Positions 1 to 10,651 of a stretch of 64,000 nucleotides of DNA are shown piece by piece. The notes beneath the pieces are model-generated. The model made no database searches. It was not told where the DNA came from and worked only from the letters and a program-made list of their open reading frames with translations. Origin of the DNA: Candidatus Hecatella orcuttiae (GTDB lineage: Archaea > Thermoproteota > Bathyarchaeia > Hecatellales > Hecatellaceae); the NCBI GenBank assembly GCA_002011035.2, contig MTLY02000003.1, forward strand, positions 1 to 64,000, written 5' to 3'. The stretch's first letter is position 1; each line of letters opens with the position of its first letter. The translations under genes were made by a program, and so were the position numbers.

Positions 1-651
<651 letters not shown>

Positions 652-785
652 ACGAAACCCTTCGACTAAGGGCGAAAGGGGAAGCGGTAAACCCGCACTT
701 TTTCCGCGTAACCAAATGCAATTCCCGAAGAGAATCTTCGTGGGATGAAGGGCGGAGCAGGCCTCCTTTCAGAGGCTTGCAATGG

Positions 786-821
786 TCGCCGTGCAGAGTT
801 TCGCAAGCTGGACGTGGCTTC
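786..821 (+). other. 5' strand of the 23S pre-rRNA processing stem (bulge-helix-bulge-like), partner at 4690-4726
   Basis: TCGCCGTGCAGAG..TCGC-AAG-CTGGACGTGGCTTC pairs with GAAGCTACGTCTGG-GCGA-AAA..CTCTGCACGGCGA. Confidence 0.8.
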
Positions 822-2880
822 AACGAGAACCCGACATGATACGCTGCCTGGTGGATAGCTGGGCTCAGGCGCTGAGGAAGGGCGTGGCAAGCTGCGATAA
901 GCCCCGGGTAGGCGCAAGCGGCCTTCGATCCGGGGATGCCCGAATGGGAATCCCACCGCTGGACTTCGGTCCAACGGTGCTCCTTCACGGAGCGGGAACC
1001 CCCCGAAGTGAAGCATCTCATTAGGGGGAGGAAAAGAAACTAACTAGGATTCCCCTAGTAGCGGCGAGCGAAAAGGGAACAGCTCAAACCGAAGACCGTG
1101 GAGAAATCCGCGGCCGATGTGGGGTTGCGGAGCCGACTGCCTCCTAACCGGCGAAGCTGAAGTGGCATGGAAAGGCCTGCCGGAGAGGGTGATAGCCCCG
1201 TAAGCGTAAGCTGGAAGGAGTTGGGTCGGCTTCCTGAGTAGCATACCTTGGTTTTGGTATGCGAAGCTGGGAGAAACCAACTTCCAAAGCTAAATACGTC
1301 CTGAGACCGATAGCGCACTAGTACGGTGACGGAAAGCTGAAAAGGACCCCGGAAGGGGTGTGAAAAGAGCTTGAAACCAGGCAGCTACACCGCGCACCGG
1401 CCTGAAAGGGTGGATTCCAGCCAAAGGAATCCGCGGCAACGCGGAGGACGAGGCTGGAGGACCAGGGTCGGGCGTTCCGTCTAGAAACACGGGCCGGGGA
1501 GTTCACGGCTGTGGCGAGCTTAAGGCTGTCAACGCCGAAGGCGCAGGGAAACCGACAGGCCTGCAGCCGAGCTTAGGCTCGGTGAGGGGCGAGGTCTGAA
1601 AGGGCCTGGAGTCACAGCTGTGAGACTAGAAGCCGGGCGATCTAGCCCTGGGTAGGGTGAAGCCGGGCGAAAGCCCGGTGGAGGCCCGCAAGGGTGCTGA
1701 CGTGCAATTCGCTCCCCTAACCTGGGGCTAGGGGCTAAAGACCAATCTAGCCCGGAGATAGCTAGTTCCCTCCGAAGTGGGTCGCAGCCCAGTCCCCCCG
1801 GAGGCTGTTGAGGGGGTAGAGCACTGATTGGGAAGCAAGGGATCGAAAGGTCCCACTTTCCTTTCAAACTCCGAATCCCTCAACGTCGGAGAAGGGGGGA
1901 AACGGGTTCCAGGGGGTAAGCTCCTGGACCGAGAGGGGGACAACCCAGACTGAGGTTAAGGCCCCCAAATGCCAGCTAAACGTCAAACCAAAGGGCGTTC
2001 TTGGCCTAAAACAGCGGGAAGGTTGGCTTAGAGGCAGCCATCCTTTAAAGAGTGCGTAACAGCTCACCCGCCGAGGCCAGGAGCCCCGAAAATGGACGGG
2101 GCTAAGCTGGCTGCCGATACCTCAGGGTGCAACTTAGGTTGCAACCTGGTAGGAGGGCGTCCTGACTGGGGAGAAGTTGAGCTGTGAAGTTCAATGGACC
2201 GGTCAGGAGTGCAGATCCCGGTGGTAGTAACAGCCAAGAGGGGTGAGAATCCCCTCCGCCGAAGGGGCCAGGGTTCCCCGGCAACACGTCGTTGGCCGGG
2301 GGTAAGCCGGTCCTAAGGTCTAGCTTAACCGCGACAGACCGAAAGGGAAACCGGTTAATATTCCGGTGCCTGCAGGATACCATGCGGCAACGCAGGCCTA
2401 GCCTCTGACACTTCAAGGTAGGGGAAGCAGGGTCGTCGCCCTGTTTAACCGGCCGAGGGCCGGGGAGCGCCGTAATGGCGAGAACCGGTTCGAGGCGGGA
2501 ATAGCCGCCCCCTTTAGGGCGGTTTCCCCGATCCTTGGAGTCAATGAAAAGGAGGCTGGGAAAGGGGATTCCTGCAGACCGTACCGAGAACCGACACTGG
2601 TGCCCTAGGTGAGAAGCCTCAGGTGTGTCGGGTGTACTCCGGGGCGAGGGAACTCGGCAAAATAGCCCCGTAACTTCGGGATAAGGGGTGCCTGCCGTTT
2701 CGGCTTCGGCTGGAACAGCAGGTCGCAGTGACAAGGGGGTCCCGACTGTTTACTAAAAACGTAGGGAGCCGCAAGCCCGAAAGGGTGTGTACGGCTCTTG
2801 AATCCTGGCCAGTGACGGTACCTGAAACTCGGGTACAACCGAGCTAAGGGCCGTTAAACGCCGGGAGTAACTCTGACTCT

Positions 2881-3664
2881 CGAGCTTAAAGGGAGTCGTT
2901 AAACCCGGCTGTATGCTGGGAAACCGGAACCCAGCGCCCCCGAGAGAGGGAAAAGAGCGTTGGGCGTTGAAGGTGACCAGCAGGGAACCACCCTCCAGAA
3001 AGCCACAAAAACTGCGCATGCAACACCATAACAGGGCGTGAGAGTCCATGGTGCTCCATGAGTTCAGTGACCTAGCCGACGTTAAGGCGCTGCCGAAACG
3101 CCGCAAATACCTAGCCTACTACCTAGCTGGCTTCGCCGACGGTGAAGGCTGCTTTTCAATCTCAGTCAAAAGGCAGAATGACACAAAATTCGGATGGGTC
3201 GTCGACCCTGTCTTCCATGTGACGCAGCATAAAGACAACCGGCTGGTGTTGGAGTTGTTTCGGAGAATGCTGCAATGCGGTCGAATAATATCGAAGCCGG
3301 GCCAGGAGAACCTTCTCCAATACGTTGTCGACAACAGAAGGCAGCTGAAAGAAAAGGTCATACCTTTCTTCAGAAAGCATCGCCTCCTAGCCAAAGCCAA
3401 GGCCTTCAGCTTCTTCGCCGAGGTGGTGGAAAACCTTGAAAAGGGAGCTCATAGAAAAGCGTCGAGTTTCAAAGAGCTCATAAGAAACGTTTACGAGCAC
3501 TCCGCCGACCGAAAACATGAGCTTGACGGTATACTGAAGGAGATCGATGAAAGGGTGGACGCCTCAGAGACCATACGCCGGGCACCCCAAAGCCAGCCTT
3601 CAGCCTAGAAGGTTGGGGTGAAGATATGGTCCAGTATCCCCATTTCCCAAGATGGTGGATGTTG
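2881..3664 (+). mobile_element. Group I intron in 23S rRNA at L1923 (E. coli numbering)
   Basis: Removal restores TAACTCTGACTCT|CTTAAGGTAGCC. 5' exon ends in U, paired U.G in P1 (GACTCT/GGAGTC). Intron ends in G. P3 CCCGGC/GCCGGG, P4 TGCTGG/CCAGCA, P7 GACCAT/ATGGTC and P8 CACCCCAA/TTGGGGTG are all present. Confidence 0.95.
3048..3608 (+). CDS. Intron-encoded single-motif LAGLIDADG homing endonuclease
   Basis: YLAGFADGEGCFSI motif, F.VTQ, LQYVV and VIPFF..H.L..K elements; 186 aa, lies inside the intron. Confidence 0.95.
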   Translation: MVLHEFSDLADVKALPKRRKYLAYYLAGFADGEGCFSISVKRQNDTKFGWVVDPVFHVTQHKDNRLVLELFRRMLQCGRIISKPGQENLLQYVVDNRRQLKEKVIPFFRKHRLLAKAKAFSFFAEVVENLEKGAHRKASSFKELIRNVYEHSADRKHELDGILKEIDERVDASETIRRAPQSQPSA

Positions 3665-4317
3665 CTTAAGGTAGCCAAATGCCTTGTCGGGTAAGTTCCG
3701 ACGTGCATGAATGGAACAACGAGGGCCCCGCTGTCCCCGCCCGGAACCCGGTGAAGCCACATAACTTGGACGAACAGTCCAGGAACTTCCAACGGGGAGA
3801 GAAGACCCCGTGGAGCTTTACTGCAGCTTGTCGTTGGGGCATGGCTCTGGATGCAGAGCGTAGGCGGGAGCCGTTGACCTTGGCTTCTCCGGGAGCCTTG
3901 GGAGGCGCCGATGGAACACCGCCCTTCTGGGGCTGTGTCCCTAACCGGGGCTTGGGCCTCGGGACACCGGCAGGTGGGCAGTTTGGCTGGGGCGGCACTC
4001 CCTTAAAAAGATATCAAGGGAGCCCAAAGCTCGGCTCAACCGGGACAGGAATCCGGTGTAGAGGGCAAGGCCAAAAGCCGGGCTGACTGGATTCTTAAAA
4101 GCAGAGAATCCAGAGGCGAAAGCCGGGCCTAGCGATCCTTCATGTCCCCCTTGGTGGGGGCTGGAGGTGACAGAAAAGTTACCCCGGGGATAACAGACTC
4201 GTCGCGGGTGAGAGTCCCCATCGACCCCGCGGTTTGGTACCTCGATGTCGGCCCTTCCCATCCTGGCAGTGCAGCAGCTGCCAAGGGCGGGGCTGCTCGC
4301 CCATTAAAGGGGAACGC

Positions 4318-4350
<33 letters not shown>

Positions 4351-4806
4351 ACTCTACCTGTTGGAAGTGTTGGCCGCCTGAGGGGAAGGTGCCCTCAGTA
4401 CGAGAGGAACGGGGTGTCGCAGCCTACAGTTTACCGGTTGTCCGACAGGGCAAACGCCGGGCAGCCGCGCTGTCGGGGATAAGAGCTGAAAGCATCTAAG
4501 CTCGAAGCCCCTCCCGAAAATAGGCGGCCATTTCGCGGCCTACGCCGGCTTGGCAACAGGGCTGGTTGCCGCGAACGAGGGCTGGGGTAGAAGACCCCGT
4601 TGATGGAGTGGACGTGTACGCGCCAAGGCCTTCGGGCCGAGGCGTTCAGCGTGCCACCCCCAACCGCCCGAGGTGTCGGGTTTAAGTGCGAAGCTACGTC
4701 TGGGCGAAAAATCCTCTGCACGGCGAGTGCTCTTTTTTACCAGGTTTTTCTCTGCGCTTTTCCTTCTTGGGGGAAAGCTTAACTGGGAGGGTTGAGCTGT
4801 TCTTTT

Positions 4807-5120
4807 GGGTTGGCGAGCAGGTGGGCGACTTCCCAGCCCCTAGGAGGGGTTGGAGGAAACTCCGCTCACACGGTGGAGCTCGCGGTGCCGCAAGGCATAG
4901 GACGAGAGTCCTAACCCCAGAGCAGAAACGGAATGTCCCAGCCTGGCATGGCGATGGGGCGTGCTAAGTCGCCGAGGACGGGCTGGGAAGCATTGAAACG
5001 GCTGCTTCGCGAGGTGCAAGGGCGAATAGGCGTCGATGAACCTCCACCTGAGACGCGGGTGGCCCGCGTAGCCGCATGTCGCCTAAAACAGAAAGCGGGT
5101 TACGGCCTGCACGCCAACCC
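4807..5120 (+). ncRNA. rnpB: RNase P RNA (archaeal type A-like)
   Basis: P1 GGGTTGGCG..CGCCAACCC; CR-I GAGGAAACTCCGCT; GGTGCAAG; CR-V AAAACAGAAAGCGGGTTA; P6 GGTGGAG/CTCCACC; TATA-like AAAGCTTAAC about 25 nt upstream. Confidence 0.93.
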
Positions 5121-5225
5121 ATCAAATGCATACGCCAACTTTCGGTTTGAAGCATTCACCCAAAGAATCCTAGAACTCAATTTTTTGTTTTGTTTCTTTC
5201 CTAAAGCTGAACTAGCTTTTCATTG

Positions 5226-5429
5226 TTAAACCATAAACACGAAATAAAGGAGAATTAACACAGTTGCAACAATTCCACTTATAATGTAAGCGATTTTCTT
5301 GCGTTTTTCCCTTTTATGTGTCCAGGTGTACGGATGACGCATATTGGGGGACAATTTAATTTCGTTTACACCTGGAACAGAGTAAGTGTCAACTAACCAC
5401 TCACTCAGCTTCTTCTTTTTCTTTGTCAA
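5226..5429 (-). CDS. Small hypothetical protein with C-terminal transmembrane helix, in AT-rich patch
   Basis: 67-aa ORF, basic stretch followed by hydrophobic IAYIISGIVATVLILLYFVFMV. Confidence 0.5.
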   Translation of the reverse strand: MTKKKKKLSEWLVDTYSVPGVNEIKLSPNMRHPYTWTHKREKRKKIAYIISGIVATVLILLYFVFMV

Positions 5430-5643
5430 TCCTTAAGCATCATCCTCTTGAGATTAATATAAATCCAAAGGCGTATATTTTTTATGCGTGGTCATAAGCA
5501 GTTTGGTTTAGTCCGATTTGGCTATACCTACTTCAGTTTCACTGCTTCCTTATTTTTTATAAGGACAGTTAACATAGTAAACCTATTTCTCCTTCCATTG
5601 ATGTTAAATCCAGAAAGCTGGTCGAAGGCGGAGGTTTGGGGAG

Positions 5644-6177
5644 TTGAACGGTGAGCATCCCCCCGTCAAGCTTTACGCCTACATGCTGGAGCAGGATGAC
5701 CCTCGGAAGTGCACCTCCGCCAAGCTGCTCAGGTTCCACCTAGCCCGGGGGATAAGGCGGGCTTCCCAGCTTCCTCGGCAGGCGGTTCTCCTAGACCCCT
5801 CGTCCCCTGTCCCCTTGGCCTCCGAAGACAGGCCGAGGGTGGAGCGGTGGGGCCTCGTAGCCGTGGACTGCTCTTGGAACAGGGTGGAGGAGGTCTTCAC
5901 CCGGAGGCTCCGAGGCGTAGGCCGGCGTCTCCCCTTCCTGGTGGCGGCTAACCCTGTCAACTACGGGCAGCCTGGAAAACTGAGCTCCTTGGAGGCCTTG
6001 GCCGCTGCGCTTCACATCCTAGGCTTCAAGGCTGAAGGCGAGCGGCTTCTGGCCCTTTACAAGTGGGGCTCCAGCTTTCTCTCCCTCAACCGGGAGCTGC
6101 TGGAAGCCTACCGCCAAGCTGGAAGCCGGGAGGAGGTCTTGAGGCTTGAGGAATCCTACCGCCCAGCCCCGGCTTAG
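5644..6177 (+). CDS. tsr3: 16S rRNA aminocarboxypropyltransferase Tsr3 (DUF367)
   Basis: QDDPRKCTSAKL, DCSW, RRLPFLVAANPVNYG, KLSSLEALAAAL, KWG.SFL.LN. Confidence 0.93.
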   Translation: MNGEHPPVKLYAYMLEQDDPRKCTSAKLLRFHLARGIRRASQLPRQAVLLDPSSPVPLASEDRPRVERWGLVAVDCSWNRVEEVFTRRLRGVGRRLPFLVAANPVNYGQPGKLSSLEALAAALHILGFKAEGERLLALYKWGSSFLSLNRELLEAYRQAGSREEVLRLEESYRPAPA

Positions 6178-7691
6178 GGCTTCTCCCTGAGAAGCATGGG
6201 GTTCTCCATGAGGCGGGGCACCTCCTCCAAAAGGTCCGTGGGCAGAATGTGGTAGCCTTTCCTCTTCAGGGTCAGGTTTCCCGCCTCCCCGTTGACGAAG
6301 GCTCCGGCCACCGAAGCCTCAAAGGGCTTGACGCCTAAGGCCATGAGCCCCCCCACGATGCCGGAGAGGACGTCGCCTGTGCCCCCCACGGTCATGCCCG
6401 GGTTGCCCGTGCGGTTGAATTTGACCCTCCGGCCGTCGGATATGATGTCCACGTTTCCCTTGAGGAGGACCACGGCCTTCAGCCTCGTTGAGGCCTCCTT
6501 CACCTGCTCTCCCCTTTCTCGGAGGCCGCTGTGGGGCTTCGCCCCTGTGACCAGCTCAAACTCTCCCCCGTGGGGGGTGAGCACGCAGGCTGTTCTGGCC
6601 TCCCGCCTCAGCGCTCCGAAGAGCTTCAAGCCGTCAGCGTCCAGCAGCAGAGGCTTAGCCAGCCCCTCCACGGCCTTCAACAAAAGCTCCACAGCCTCCT
6701 TGGTCCTTTCCCTCGTCTCCAAGCCCGGCCCTAGGACGACGGCGGTGGCCCGGTGGAGATAGGACTCTAGGGTTTTCAAGTCCTCAGGGTCCAGGTAGTC
6801 TCCGCTCAGCTTCACCGTGATAAGATTGGGGGAGTAGGAGGAAACCACCCGAGCTGTCTCCCGGGGAGCGGCCACGTAGACTAGGTCCACTCCCGTCTGA
6901 AGAGCAGCCATCCCCGCCAAGGCCGGCGCGCCCGTGTAGGTTCCGCTGCCTCCCACCACCAGCAGCCTCCCGAAGTCTCCCTTGTGAGCGTCAGCCGGCC
7001 GGGTCCGCCGAGTTCTCCTCACATCCCCAGGGCCTGCGTAGGCTTCCGCCTCCGGGGGAAGACCGATGTCGGCTACGACGACCTTTCCCGCGTAGGCTGA
7101 GGCCTTGAGGAGGCCTGTTTTGGGGGCGTGGAAGGTCACAGTCATGTCCGCCCTGACGGCTTCCCCCAGCACCTCCCCGGTGGAGGCGTCGATGCCCGTG
7201 GGCACATCCACGGCCACCCGGTAGGCGGAGGCTTGGTTGATGGCCCTCACCGCCTGAAGGATGGGCTGCTGGATTCTCCCCCTAACCCCCGTGCCCAACA
7301 GGGCGTCCACCACCACCGCCGCCGCGGCCTCCGCCTTGGGGACGAGGGACGAATCCCTGGCGGTGGAAAGTCGGAGGCTTAAGTCCATGTTTTTGACGGC
7401 CTTCCAGTTGAGGGCGACGCTGGGGTCGGAGATTTTCTCCTCCCCCCCGACCAGGACGGCTGAGACCTGAAAGCCCCTGGAAGCTAGATGCCGGGCTGCC
7501 ACCATGCCGTCGCCGCCGTTTCGCCCTGTTCCCAGGTAGAACATGCAGGTTTTCCCCTTCTTCAAGGCGGCCACGGCTTCGGCCACGGCTTTCCCGGCGC
7601 ATTCCATCATCTGCGGCTTGGACACGCCCAAATACTCAGCGTTGTCCTCTAGGGCTGCCATTTCCTCGGCTGTTACGCTTTCCCGGTTCAC
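6174..7691 (-). CDS. nnr: Bifunctional NAD(P)H-hydrate epimerase/dehydratase (YjeF)
   Basis: GRNGGDGMVAARHL, DALLGTG, DVPTG; HKGDFGRLLVVGGS, LTPHGGEF, GGTGDVLSG. Confidence 0.95.
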   Translation of the reverse strand: MNRESVTAEEMAALEDNAEYLGVSKPQMMECAGKAVAEAVAALKKGKTCMFYLGTGRNGGDGMVAARHLASRGFQVSAVLVGGEEKISDPSVALNWKAVKNMDLSLRLSTARDSSLVPKAEAAAAVVVDALLGTGVRGRIQQPILQAVRAINQASAYRVAVDVPTGIDASTGEVLGEAVRADMTVTFHAPKTGLLKASAYAGKVVVADIGLPPEAEAYAGPGDVRRTRRTRPADAHKGDFGRLLVVGGSGTYTGAPALAGMAALQTGVDLVYVAAPRETARVVSSYSPNLITVKLSGDYLDPEDLKTLESYLHRATAVVLGPGLETRERTKEAVELLLKAVEGLAKPLLLDADGLKLFGALRREARTACVLTPHGGEFELVTGAKPHSGLRERGEQVKEASTRLKAVVLLKGNVDIISDGRRVKFNRTGNPGMTVGGTGDVLSGIVGGLMALGVKPFEASVAGAFVNGEAGNLTLKRKGYHILPTDLLEEVPRLMENPMLLREKP

Positions 7692-7803
7692 GGGTTCTCC
7701 CTTCTCATCTTTGTAGAGGGTCTGAAGGCCTTAAAGATTTTAGTGGGCGGCGGGGGGTAGTTTTATAACCATGGTGGTGGAAGATTCTAGGTGGTGAACA
7801 CCT

Positions 7804-8043
7804 TTGCCGACGGCTTACGTGCTGATCAATTCGGAGATAGGGTCTGAAGAAGCTGTTCTCCTAGAGTTGAGGAAGATAAAAAACGTGGTGGAATCCTACG
7901 TGGTCTACGGGGTCTACGATATTATCGCCAAGGTGGAAGCTGAAACCATGGAGAAACTCAAAGAATGCATCACCTGGAACATCCGCCGCCTGGAGAAAGT
8001 CCGCTCCACCCTCACCATGATCGTCATCGAGCCTGGAACATAA
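7804..8043 (+). CDS. Stand-alone Lrp/AsnC ligand-binding (RAM) domain protein
   Basis: AYVLIN..G.E, VYGVYDIIAKVE, IR.L..VRSTLTMIV. Confidence 0.85.
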   Translation: MPTAYVLINSEIGSEEAVLLELRKIKNVVESYVVYGVYDIIAKVEAETMEKLKECITWNIRRLEKVRSTLTMIVIEPGT

Positions 8044-8115
8044 CCCAGCTGGCTCTCAGCCGAACAGAACCCTTTTTTCCCGGCTAATTTTATCTCTGAA
8101 GTAGGCTAATGGGAG

Positions 8116-9468
8116 ATGCCATTAGAGGTTCATGTGGGCTTCGACGACACCGACTCCCCCCTGGGAGGATGCACCACCTACATCGGAGCCCGGCTGGTTG
8201 AAATTCTGGCCGAGAAAGGCTTCGCCTTCCTAGACTACCCCAACCTAGTGAGGCTGAACCCCAACATTCCCTGGAAGACCCGGGGCAACGGCGCCGTCTG
8301 CCTCCGCCTCTCCGTAGGCGGCGAAGGCGACTACGAGGAGTTGAAGGAAACCGTTCTCGCCTTCATCCGCAGCCACTACGAGAAAGCTTGGAAGGACACG
8401 GAGCCGGCGGTCGCCTTCCTCCGGGGAAGCGTCCCCCCGATGTTGAGAAGCCTCTCCCAGAAGGCCCTGCGGAGGGTGGTGGAGCCGAGGGAAGCCCTCA
8501 GGGTTCTCCGCGCCTGCGGGGGGGAAGCCTTGGAGTTGGAGGGAAGACAGGGTGTCGTGGGAGCTGCGGCTGCCGTCGGAGAGACTTTGGAAGGAGACCA
8601 CACCTACGAGGCGGTGGCCTACCGGCTGCCGGAGCGCAGGGGTGAGCCTCGGGCGGTGAGCTTCGACTCGGTGGTGGAGATGGACAGGGCTACGAGGCCG
8701 TGGACCTTCAACAACCTCGACCCTGAAACAGGCCGGGTGCTGGTGACTCCCCGAGGGCCGGACCCCGTCCTCCTAGGGGTGCGGGGGGAAACCCCCGAAG
8801 CCGTCAAGAAAGCCCTGAGCATGGTTGAAACCGGGGAGAAGCCGGAGCGGTGGGCGGTCTTCAGAACCAATCAGGGCACCGACGCCCACCTGGGGGAGAC
8901 GGTTAAAATCAGGGACATCCCGCCCTACTCCGCGGTGGTGGTGGAGGGCTTCGTAGCCCAGCCGCCTCAGACCGCGCCCGGAGGCCATGTTATCTTCAGG
9001 TTGAAGGATGCCACGGGTGAAATCTTCTGCGCCGCCTACGAGCCCACAGGAAACTTCAGGAACACCGTCAGAGCCCTGAGGGTGGGGGACAGGGTCAAAG
9101 TCTACGGAGGCCTGAGGAAAGCCCAGCCCTTAGGCCCTAGGACCGTCAACCTGGAAAAACTGGAAGTCTTGGAAACGGCTCCCGTGGTGGAGTTCCGCAG
9201 TCCCCTCTGCCCTCGGTGCGGGAAAAGAATGACCTCCATGGGAGCCCACAAGGGGTTCCGGTGTGAAAAATGCAAACACCGCAGCTCAACCCTCCGCAGG
9301 GTTCCGTTCCCCATCCCCCGAAGCCTGTCCAGCGGGCTCTACATGCCTCCGCCTCGAGCTCACAGACATCTAACCAAACCCCTCAGCCGCTACGGGCTGG
9401 AAAAAGCCGGGAAACCCGGCTCCCCACCCCGGCCTGAAGCCTTCTGGGGCCTAGGGCCTCCGGCTTAG
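8116..9468 (+). CDS. tiaS: tRNA(Ile2) 2-agmatinylcytidine synthetase
   Basis: GFDDTDS..GGCTTY, LVRLNPNIPWKTRGNGAV, TNQGTDAHL, AAYEPT, Zn ribbon CPRCG..CEKC, RHLTKP. Confidence 0.96.
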   Translation: MPLEVHVGFDDTDSPLGGCTTYIGARLVEILAEKGFAFLDYPNLVRLNPNIPWKTRGNGAVCLRLSVGGEGDYEELKETVLAFIRSHYEKAWKDTEPAVAFLRGSVPPMLRSLSQKALRRVVEPREALRVLRACGGEALELEGRQGVVGAAAAVGETLEGDHTYEAVAYRLPERRGEPRAVSFDSVVEMDRATRPWTFNNLDPETGRVLVTPRGPDPVLLGVRGETPEAVKKALSMVETGEKPERWAVFRTNQGTDAHLGETVKIRDIPPYSAVVVEGFVAQPPQTAPGGHVIFRLKDATGEIFCAAYEPTGNFRNTVRALRVGDRVKVYGGLRKAQPLGPRTVNLEKLEVLETAPVVEFRSPLCPRCGKRMTSMGAHKGFRCEKCKHRSSTLRRVPFPIPRSLSSGLYMPPPRAHRHLTKPLSRYGLEKAGKPGSPPRPEAFWGLGPPA

Positions 9469-9999
9469 CTCCGGAACCCGCCCGGCTGGAAGGAGGCTGG
9501 AGAGGTCGTAGCAGCTGTCGAAGACCATGAAGCCCGCCACACTGAAGACGGTCAGCTGCCCTGTCAGGCCTAGGGACACAGCGCCCACCTTCATCAGTCC
9601 CCGAAGCCTGAAAAACCAGAAGGCCGTTCCTCCGCGGCTGCCCCAGTGGTCGTGGAGTTTCTCGTCCAAGAAGCCCAGCGCTGTTAAAGCCGCCAAGAGC
9701 ACCGGTTTAGGATGCTGAAATCCCAGCCCTGCTGAAAGGGCAGCCAAAAAGGCGAGGCCGAAGACCAGGTTCAGCCTGTCCACCTTCAGGGAGGCCAAGC
9801 TGCCCAACACCACGGCGACCATGAGGGTGGCTGTGGAGCCGTCGGTCTGCAGCAGCAGCCAAAAGAGGAAGGCCGCCGCGGCGGAGGCCCCGTAGGCGGG
9901 GAGGCCTTTTTTCCTCTCCCCCCAAACGTCCGCCACCTTCAAGGTGAAGCCCGCGGAGGCGAAGGTGAGAAGGATGAGGGGGTTGAAGGTCAAAGGCAT
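9451..9999 (-). CDS. Hypothetical multi-pass membrane protein
   Basis: 182-aa hydrophobic ORF with K.AD, KVD and DE motifs. Confidence 0.7.
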   Translation of the reverse strand: MPLTFNPLILLTFASAGFTLKVADVWGERKKGLPAYGASAAAAFLFWLLLQTDGSTATLMVAVVLGSLASLKVDRLNLVFGLAFLAALSAGLGFQHPKPVLLAALTALGFLDEKLHDHWGSRGGTAFWFFRLRGLMKVGAVSLGLTGQLTVFSVAGFMVFDSCYDLSSLLPAGRVPELSRRP

Positions 10000-10126
10000 T
10001 CCTTCCGGGGGTTCAGCGGCCTTTGCCGTCGAACTTGGCTGGAGGGTATCTTGAGTTTATCCCACTAAAGTTTTATCCATTATGATGCCCCTTTAATGGG
10101 GATAATCCTTTGGCGGCTGGGCTGTT

Positions 10127-10651
10127 GTGGAGAAACCCTCAAACCGCCGGAAGCCTGCCTCCCTGCCGGGGGAAGTCGCTTGGCTGTTGGAGGAAGGCTT
10201 CTTCGGCTATCTTGGAACCTCCGGGAAGGGCATGGAGCCCCATGTTACTCCAGTGATCTTTGTCTTCGACCGCGGTTGCATCTACTTCCTAACCTCCAAG
10301 GTGGCTAAGAAGCTTAGGAATATGAGGGAAAACCCGAAGGTAGCCTTCTTGGTAGACATTCGAGACCCCTCTGACCCCCACAACAACAGGGCTGTGCTGG
10401 TTAAGGGGCGGGTGAAAATCTACGGCCTGCTAGACGGGCTGCTTCACTTGAGGGAGTTCTGGAAGGTTAGAAGGCTCTTGGACGAGAAATACCCCAAGTA
10501 CATGAGGGTCTACCGGACGGAGAAGGCTAGGATTCCCAAGGAATGGGGGACAACCATCTTCCTCCGCAGGGTTCTCATCCGGTTGGATGTTGAAAGCTTC
10601 GTCTACATGAGGGAAGCCCGGCCGGTTTCGGTGAGGTTGGAAGGACGGTGA
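10127..10651 (+). CDS. Pyridoxamine 5'-phosphate oxidase-like split-barrel flavin/F420-binding protein
   Basis: GYLGT..PHVTPV.F, KK.RNMRENPKVAFLVD, VLVKG. Confidence 0.8.
   Translation: MEKPSNRRKPASLPGEVAWLLEEGFFGYLGTSGKGMEPHVTPVIFVFDRGCIYFLTSKVAKKLRNMRENPKVAFLVDIRDPSDPHNNRAVLVKGRVKIYGLLDGLLHLREFWKVRRLLDEKYPKYMRVYRTEKARIPKEWGTTIFLRRVLIRLDVESFVYMREARPVSVRLEGR

Noticed and set aside
652-827. tRNA-Ala in the 16S-23S spacer, and 5S rRNA after 23S
   Set aside because: No cloverleaf or T-loop in the spacer (only hairpins and processing strands); the downstream RNA has RNase P motifs, not 5S
2881-3664. Archaeal bulge-helix-bulge rRNA intron
   Set aside because: Boundaries follow the group I U|...G| rule and a complete catalytic core is present
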